Below, one piece after another: positions 59,091-64,000 of a DNA stretch of 64,000 nt. Within the stretch, counting starts at the first letter, position 1. Each line of letters opens with the position of its first letter. The position numbers were made by a program, and so were the translations under genes. The stretch spans positions 186,001 to 250,000 of the IMG/VR virus record IMGVR_UViG_3300035156_000206, one strand, 5' to 3'. Below the pieces are notes generated by a model. That model was not told where the DNA came from. It was given only the letters and a program-made list of their open reading frames with translations, and searched no databases.

Positions 59091-59226
59091 CGACTGCTGA
59101 GCTTTGCTAATAAAATGGCACTCTACCTCTGAGCTACCAGCCACCAAAAGAGACTATTGCGAATCTGTTTTGGTTGGCCGGGATGGATTCGAACCACCGA
59201 CTTCCGATTTGGGACTCAACACCGCG
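59091..59226 (-). ncRNA. Circularly permuted tRNA-like module A
   Basis: 5'-TGTTGAGT..AAATCGG-aagtc-[GGTGG TTCGAAT CCATC]-CCGGCCA-A-CCA-linker-TGGCTGG-TA-[GCTC AGAGGTA GAGT]-G-CCATTT..GCTCAGCA; the acceptor strands pair 7/7 with one G-U. Confidence 0.75.
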
Positions 59227-59391
59227 CTTTATTGTACAATCCAATAAACCGATAAAGCTGTATAGGCAAGAAACTAAGGCTGACTAGATACTAAATGTAC
59301 CTGTTAAGCTAAGACTAATGATAAAGCTACCTATTCTTTAATACCTTGCGTGCGGTGGGAATCACTAACTATGACCCCACCCACATATTTC
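59227..59391 (-). ncRNA. Structured non-coding segment preceding the tRNA-like modules
   Basis: Long GTGGGTGGG/CCCACCGCA hairpin after the upstream stop, a TTAG-repeat tract, and a TTTATTG/CAATAAA hairpin; no credible ORF. Confidence 0.5.
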
Positions 59392-60192
59392 TTAGAAGCC
59401 TTCTGGGTGCAAGAACGAGATCAGCTTTTGCCCGATCTTGGTCTGGCGCACTGGCGTCGCGTTTGCACGCATACGCGCTTGCTTCGTGGCCTGGATCAGA
59501 TCGTCCAGACGACCCAGCAAGGCCGATTTTTCGGTGGTGGTCATTGCCGACGACCAGGTTTCTTTGGTGAAGGTGCCGACGTTGACGGTCTCTTCCCACT
59601 TTTCGATCTGTGCCGGATGCTTGTCCGTTGGAGCGACCAGCACTTTGTGCTTGATTTCTTTCGCGGTCTTGGCGCGAACTTCGGCATTTGCCTGGCGGAA
59701 GACGTGCTTGCCGCGGGCCGAATCAGGAACCCAGTTGATGCCTGGCGCCAGCGTAGGAATGACTTCGTACACGGTGCGCAGCGCTTTCAGCTTGGTTTCC
59801 ATGCCCAGCAGGAAGCCGACTGGCAGCTTTTCTGCCAACACGGTGCCGTCAGTCAGGACCAGGTCAGCGACGGCGTCTTGATTCGTTGCTTCTTTTTGCA
59901 GCACGACGTCGTAGTAACGGGTGACGCCGTCGAGTACGTACTGCAGCTTTTCGTGGACGGTGGTAACCATTTCCAGGTGCTGCTCTTCAGCCTTTTCCGT
60001 TGCTGCGGTTGCCGCTTCGTTACTGGCGTCGCCGGAGAACATTTTCAGGGTACGATGCGAACCGGTGAAGTGGGTTGCTTTGTCCGAGAAGGTCTTGATT
60101 GCTTCAGGGATGATCTTGTTTGCAACGCCTTGAACATCGACTTCAACTGCCAGAATCTCATGCAGCATTGGTGCTTTTTTGTTATCGCTCAT
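59392..60192 (-). CDS. Coiled-coil protein of unknown function (DUF7873-like, recalled from memory)
   Basis: LHEILAVE, KATHF.G..RT, TTV.EKL, QKEATNQ.A.ADL, IPTL.PG..W, HPAQI and AR.RAN motifs; strongly C/G-ending codons; GAGG RBS. Confidence 0.8.
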   Translation of the reverse strand: MSDNKKAPMLHEILAVEVDVQGVANKIIPEAIKTFSDKATHFTGSHRTLKMFSGDASNEAATAATEKAEEQHLEMVTTVHEKLQYVLDGVTRYYDVVLQKEATNQDAVADLVLTDGTVLAEKLPVGFLLGMETKLKALRTVYEVIPTLAPGINWVPDSARGKHVFRQANAEVRAKTAKEIKHKVLVAPTDKHPAQIEKWEETVNVGTFTKETWSSAMTTTEKSALLGRLDDLIQATKQARMRANATPVRQTKIGQKLISFLHPEGF

Positions 60193-60268
60193 ATACCCTC
60201 AAAATGGTTACGTGTTAATCTGATATTTGTTGTTCAGAGGATTTCTCTCTCAAAACATCATGAAGTGC

Positions 60269-60306
60269 ACTTTAAACTGTTTACTTCATTTTGACAACGA
60301 TTATTT
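60269..60306 (-). promoter_or_regulatory. Early promoter with AAATAATCG upstream element
   Basis: AAATAATCG-TTGTCA-17-TAAAGT. Confidence 0.7.
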
Positions 60307-60443
60307 CAACTGATTTTTCAACAACTCTTGGGAGTGGATATGCTTCTTCGGACCGCACTCCCAAAACTACTTACTACCGCCCTTCCTCCTACAAACCATC
60401 CGCATGCACATCTCTGTAGGCAGTCTCTAACGTGACAGAGATC

Positions 60444-60482
60444 AGTATATAGAAATCTCCGTTTGGTTGACAACGATTATTT
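60444..60482 (-). promoter_or_regulatory. Early promoter with AAATAATCG upstream element
   Basis: AAATAATCG-TTGTCA-18-TATACT. Confidence 0.7.
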
Positions 60483-61520
60483 TTATGGACGAAAGTGGCG
60501 TGGTGGCATCTCTGCCAGCTGTTTGATGCGGTTCTTTTTGCTGGACGTAAATCCGAAGTCGCCTTCCGATTCTGATGATGAGGGGCTCTCAGTCATCATA
60601 GCACGCAGCTTCTGTGCCGCCCAATCGACATCACGCCGGAACACACGGGTCAGAATGATGAACTCGCGCAGGTGGGCAATCGAGAACCCTTCTGACAGGT
60701 TTACGTACTTTTCCACTTCCTCTGCTGTCAGCCCTGGCTCTTTGGCTTTCAGGTAAATTGCCCGCGCCGCTGATGTTGGCATACCAACCTTGATCACCGA
60801 ATCGAAACGGGATGGACGGTCGATGAACCGACGATCCATTCGTTCAGGGTAGTTTGTGGTAGCAACAAAGATGATGTTGTCCACTTGGTTCTCCCCGTCC
60901 AGAATGGAAAGGTAGTTTGCTTCACCGTATGTTTGTACCAGTGCATCCATATCTTCCAACAGCGCCACGATTTGGCGATGTGGTTCGATTTTTCGGATCA
61001 GCTTCAGGCACTCAGCGGCATAATGTGGATGACCAACCACAAATGCGATACCTTGCATTTTGTTGATAACGATATCTACCAGCTGGGCAAGGGTAGACGT
61101 CTTTCCTGAACCAGGAGGACCCCACAGAAAAATACCACGCTTGTAGATCATCTTGCGGGCAATGAATTCAGGCTTGAGGTCAGCAAACTCCTCAATCTCA
61201 CGCAGTACCGATTCGGACGCGCTATCAGGGAGATGAATGAGGCCATCAGTGGCATTCTCTACCTTGGTCAGGTAGAATCCAGCAGCATCTGAGTGGCCCC
61301 CTGTATACATGCCACATTCGAGAGCTGGAGTAGAATCTTGCACACCCCAGTAAGTCTTACCACTTCGTGCCCAACGAGATGGGTTATTGGAGCTGGAAAT
61401 ATCAGACGAGTTGGTAGAGACAGGTGTCTCTGATACCGCCACACAGTCTCCGCTAGACGTTGGTTTGAGATCGGTACCAACTGTGGACATCAACTCACTG
61501 ATTTCATCTACATTACTCAT
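60483..61520 (-). CDS. AAA+ ATPase
   Basis: GIFLWGPPGSGKT, LLEDMD, LDG, ATTNYPE and RPSRFD motifs. Confidence 0.9.
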   Translation of the reverse strand: MSNVDEISELMSTVGTDLKPTSSGDCVAVSETPVSTNSSDISSSNNPSRWARSGKTYWGVQDSTPALECGMYTGGHSDAAGFYLTKVENATDGLIHLPDSASESVLREIEEFADLKPEFIARKMIYKRGIFLWGPPGSGKTSTLAQLVDIVINKMQGIAFVVGHPHYAAECLKLIRKIEPHRQIVALLEDMDALVQTYGEANYLSILDGENQVDNIIFVATTNYPERMDRRFIDRPSRFDSVIKVGMPTSAARAIYLKAKEPGLTAEEVEKYVNLSEGFSIAHLREFIILTRVFRRDVDWAAQKLRAMMTESPSSSESEGDFGFTSSKKNRIKQLAEMPPRHFRP

Positions 61521-61556
61521 TATTGCTCCAGGGTGTGTTGTGGAAAACTAAGGTGA

Positions 61557-61595
61557 ACTATATCTTTTTTCGTTGCTGGTGGACAACGATTATTT
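61557..61595 (-). promoter_or_regulatory. Early promoter with AAATAATCG upstream element
   Basis: AAATAATCG-TTGTCC-18-TATAGT. Confidence 0.7.
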
Positions 61596-62138
61596 CTTCG
61601 GATGTTTGGCTAATATGTCCTTCATGATGAAGTGGCTCATGATACGAGTCTCTATCATCTGCCTGTTAGGGTTATCAATCTTAGCCAATTTTGGATCCCC
61701 ATCGTACGCCTCCCACCAAGCCTGCATCTCCTTCATCAGAGCAAGACCTTCAGATCGTTTGAAGTACCCTGCTTGGTCCGTTAAATGCCAACTTGGTCTG
61801 TAGCCATCAATGGTTGGGTGACCACGAACGATTCCCTCAAAGGAACACCAATGAAATGTACCATCGGTATCTTCTGTGTATTCGTGAAGCATTGTCCGGA
61901 CTTCTGTAGCATTCTCAGGTGTGTCTGGCTTATACATAGCATGGTAATCGTCAGCAGATGCATTCATGTATTGCCCCGGCGCCCGATATGTTGCTAAACG
62001 GACGTCTACAAGTTGCCAACACCTGGTGCCTTCGTAAAGTTCCATTAGAGCTACTCTATCACTTTCCCATGGCTTCATATCTGGATTGACTAGGATTAGG
62101 GCAATCTGTCCCCGGCGCATTATGATTCTGGTTTTCAT
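61590..62138 (-). CDS. Hypothetical protein
   Basis: ORF between a terminator and the AAA+ promoter. Confidence 0.6.
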   Translation of the reverse strand: MKTRIIMRRGQIALILVNPDMKPWESDRVALMELYEGTRCWQLVDVRLATYRAPGQYMNASADDYHAMYKPDTPENATEVRTMLHEYTEDTDGTFHWCSFEGIVRGHPTIDGYRPSWHLTDQAGYFKRSEGLALMKEMQAWWEAYDGDPKLAKIDNPNRQMIETRIMSHFIMKDILAKHPKK

Positions 62139-62150
62139 TATTGTGCTCAC

Positions 62151-62175
62151 AAAAAAGGCGCACAAGGCGCCTTTT
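62151..62175 (-). terminator. Rho-independent terminator
   Basis: AAAAGGCGC-5nt-GCGCCTTTT with T6 on the minus strand. Confidence 0.8.
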
Positions 62176-62177
62176 GG

Positions 62178-62609
62178 TTACAGAGATGCCATCAGGCGTT
62201 CGACCTCAATCCGACGACGCTCATCTGGTGATAGTACCGTGTTGAGACGGTCTTCAAGTTCATCCAGTGCCTTCTTTTCTTCACGGATGGTAATACCAGC
62301 AAGGCGCTTCTTGCTGTCTTCTACCCACGAGTTGAATGTGTAGCCTTGATAGCTCTTCGGTGGATCCAGCTCCAACAGCATTGCAGCCTCTTCACGAGCC
62401 TTGCGCTGGATCATCAGATCAGCCACCACATCAAGTACTTGGCTAGCAGTGCTAGTGCCAAGGCTCACAGGGGTGGTAGATCCCAGCAGACGGTAGCTGC
62501 AATTTGTAGTCCAGCTTTTTGCCAGCTGGGATTCCAATTCGGCTACTTTTGCCTTGCGTGCATTCAGTTTGTCGAATAGGGTACGAATTTGGTCGTCAAG
62601 TGTTGACAT
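62178..62609 (-). CDS. Hypothetical coiled-coil phage protein
   Basis: W.TNC...W..D.K.R...L...E..L...LS..E.R motif; AAGGAG RBS. Confidence 0.7.
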   Translation of the reverse strand: MSTLDDQIRTLFDKLNARKAKVAELESQLAKSWTTNCSYRLLGSTTPVSLGTSTASQVLDVVADLMIQRKAREEAAMLLELDPPKSYQGYTFNSWVEDSKKRLAGITIREEKKALDELEDRLNTVLSPDERRRIEVERLMASL

Positions 62610-62623
62610 ATTATTTCTCCTTG

Positions 62624-63970
62624 TTAGTAAATTTGTGTTTTGCTTACATGGCTATTCTGCAGAATTGCATACAGATCACCGAAGTTGTGTGCCCGCGCTA
62701 CGGCAATTAACCTTTCCAGGCCATGGAGAATATCCTCGGTTAGTGGAGCAGCGCCATGGTGCATTGGTACCCAGCCCACCAGAGCTTCTGTGAAGTCATT
62801 ATGCACACCATTGATTCGCTCAGCAACACCAGGGGTGCGCTCATTGAAGTCTTCCAATACCAATTTGGGCTGATTGCGACCGTAGTAGCCAGTTGCACCG
62901 GGATTGCTGAACCGCACCCGACGTTCAGCAGGATCATACACTGCCACACGAGAATACGTGACCGAATATTTTGGTGGTTGTGGGCCCGGGGCGTAGTGCG
63001 ACGATGGGTGTAGATCAATCTCCACACAGATCTCGATGAAGCGCGTCTCGTCGAATTGGATCCAATGGTTGCCCTTGACTGAGTGGTCAATCCCGTTGCT
63101 GCAGGCATAATATCCCAGGTTTTGAGTGTATGAATCATGATCCTTGTAGTGCTTGAGGAAATCATCATTGCGCACATCAGGGAAATTATTGGGCACCAGT
63201 TTGACACCGATCATTGGTTGTGACGAGTACAGCTTGTAGAAGGTGTCCATGAGCTCAGCGTACTGAGGATGGCACTCTTCGCTCACCACTTGAGCCAGGT
63301 ACTGGGTTGGCGACTTGAATTCCACTGCACCAGTTTCGGGGTTGATGAAGACGTGTTGCGGCTTCTTATCTACCTGGGTGCTTGTTAGACTACTACCCCA
63401 ATTTTCAGCACGTTCGCTCACCATGTCGTACGTAGGAAAGCGACCCAAATACACCACTTGTTTGCGGTCAGTTTTGATCTCGTAGGTGTACCCAATGCCC
63501 AGTTCTTTAGCACCAACCTTCATTCCTTGCTTGTCAGTGTGTGTTACGGATTCTTGGTATTCCACGGAGTTCGTAGGCAACAATACCAAGTCGGCGCCAT
63601 GCCAAGCATATACGCACGGCTCGACGATATCACGCTTTGACACATCTGAGTGCATCAGGATGCCAATAAGGTTGTCGACCTCAATTTCCATCTCGAAGTT
63701 GCGTGGATCCCAGACGCGAATCTTGGACCGACCACTACCCCAATGGCCATCGCGTTGGATACCCTTGTTGAATGTGAAGTTTGGTTGTGGCGTGTTGTCG
63801 AAAGTCTCGACCTCGATATTCTTATCGCGCCAGTTTTCCCAGGACGTTTGCTTACGCAGTTTGCCCTTGTGATCCGTGTAGATGACGTACGCCAGCTTTC
63901 CTGTGAATGTATCGGGGCGTGATACGTACCCTACGGTAATTGTTTTTGGTATATAGAGATCTGTTTTCAT
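62624..63970 (-). CDS. Hypothetical phage protein (GKLAYVIY.D.KG.LRK..SW...DPR.FE.EI N-domain)
   Basis: 448-aa ORF; the N-terminal motif is familiar from large-phage hypotheticals. Confidence 0.75.
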   Translation of the reverse strand: MKTDLYIPKTITVGYVSRPDTFTGKLAYVIYTDHKGKLRKQTSWENWRDKNIEVETFDNTPQPNFTFNKGIQRDGHWGSGRSKIRVWDPRNFEMEIEVDNLIGILMHSDVSKRDIVEPCVYAWHGADLVLLPTNSVEYQESVTHTDKQGMKVGAKELGIGYTYEIKTDRKQVVYLGRFPTYDMVSERAENWGSSLTSTQVDKKPQHVFINPETGAVEFKSPTQYLAQVVSEECHPQYAELMDTFYKLYSSQPMIGVKLVPNNFPDVRNDDFLKHYKDHDSYTQNLGYYACSNGIDHSVKGNHWIQFDETRFIEICVEIDLHPSSHYAPGPQPPKYSVTYSRVAVYDPAERRVRFSNPGATGYYGRNQPKLVLEDFNERTPGVAERINGVHNDFTEALVGWVPMHHGAAPLTEDILHGLERLIAVARAHNFGDLYAILQNSHVSKTQIY

Positions 63971-64000
63971 TCGGCCAATATGATGGGGAGTTAGTAAAAA

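Noticed and set aside
59019-59143. Ordinary intron-containing tRNA from the module A D-arm to the module B T-arm/CCA
   Set aside because: The acceptor strands TGGCTGG and ACCCCGC do not pair; each half instead matches its permuted partner 7/7.
58948-59226. Two-piece tmRNA
   Set aside because: No G3-U70 alanine identity pair and no tag reading frame follows either D-arm.
59350-60294. Long plus-strand ORF antisense to the coiled-coil gene, and similar antisense ORFs (46267, 47903, 49828)
   Set aside because: Shadow frames expected from GC3-biased genes; no RBS, promoter or recognisable motifs.
60328-60363. GGTCCGAAG in a hairpin resembling the Ro60-binding motif of Y RNAs
   Set aside because: Short match in a loop rather than a bulged helix, and no Ro60/TROVE gene is in the window; likely chance.

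Overview
The window is a 64-kb segment of a large T4-related (jumbo, myovirus-like) phage genome read in the standard genetic code. Family assignments below come from motif recognition by eye, not from database searches. The plus-strand block (1-46.1 kb) carries the end of the terminase large subunit, a fibre region (three long fibre genes sharing an MKLxFRQG N-terminal domain, one of them collagen-like, plus four tandem ~310-aa paralogues), and T4-type replication/recombination genes (gp32-like SSB, UvsX, UvsY, UvsW, clamp loader gp44/gp62). It also carries a GroES, a GIY-YIG endonuclease, a minimal DNA polymerase III alpha core split into two genes, and a 7-deazaguanine DNA-modification cluster (FolE2, QueD, QueE, DpdL-like, DpdA-like) interleaved with anti-defence-like genes (Acb2-like, NADAR, a stand-alone portal-clip-like protein). 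The minus-strand block (46.3-64 kb) carries a Ter/TelA stress cluster, an Rnl2-like RNA ligase, a 5'-nucleotidase, three tandem paralogues, an endonuclease-VII-type HNH gene, an AAA+ ATPase and hypothetical genes. The most unusual element is at 58.95-59.23 kb (minus strand): two tandem tRNA-like modules in circularly permuted order (T-arm and acceptor-CCA first, then the matching 5' acceptor strand and D-arm), inside a ~450-nt structured non-coding region directly behind a coiled-coil protein gene. Regulation is also visible: TAAATA late promoters repeatedly sit in or beside RBS-sequestering hairpins or terminators, and sigma70-like early promoters share an upstream AAATA(A/T)T(C/T)G element.
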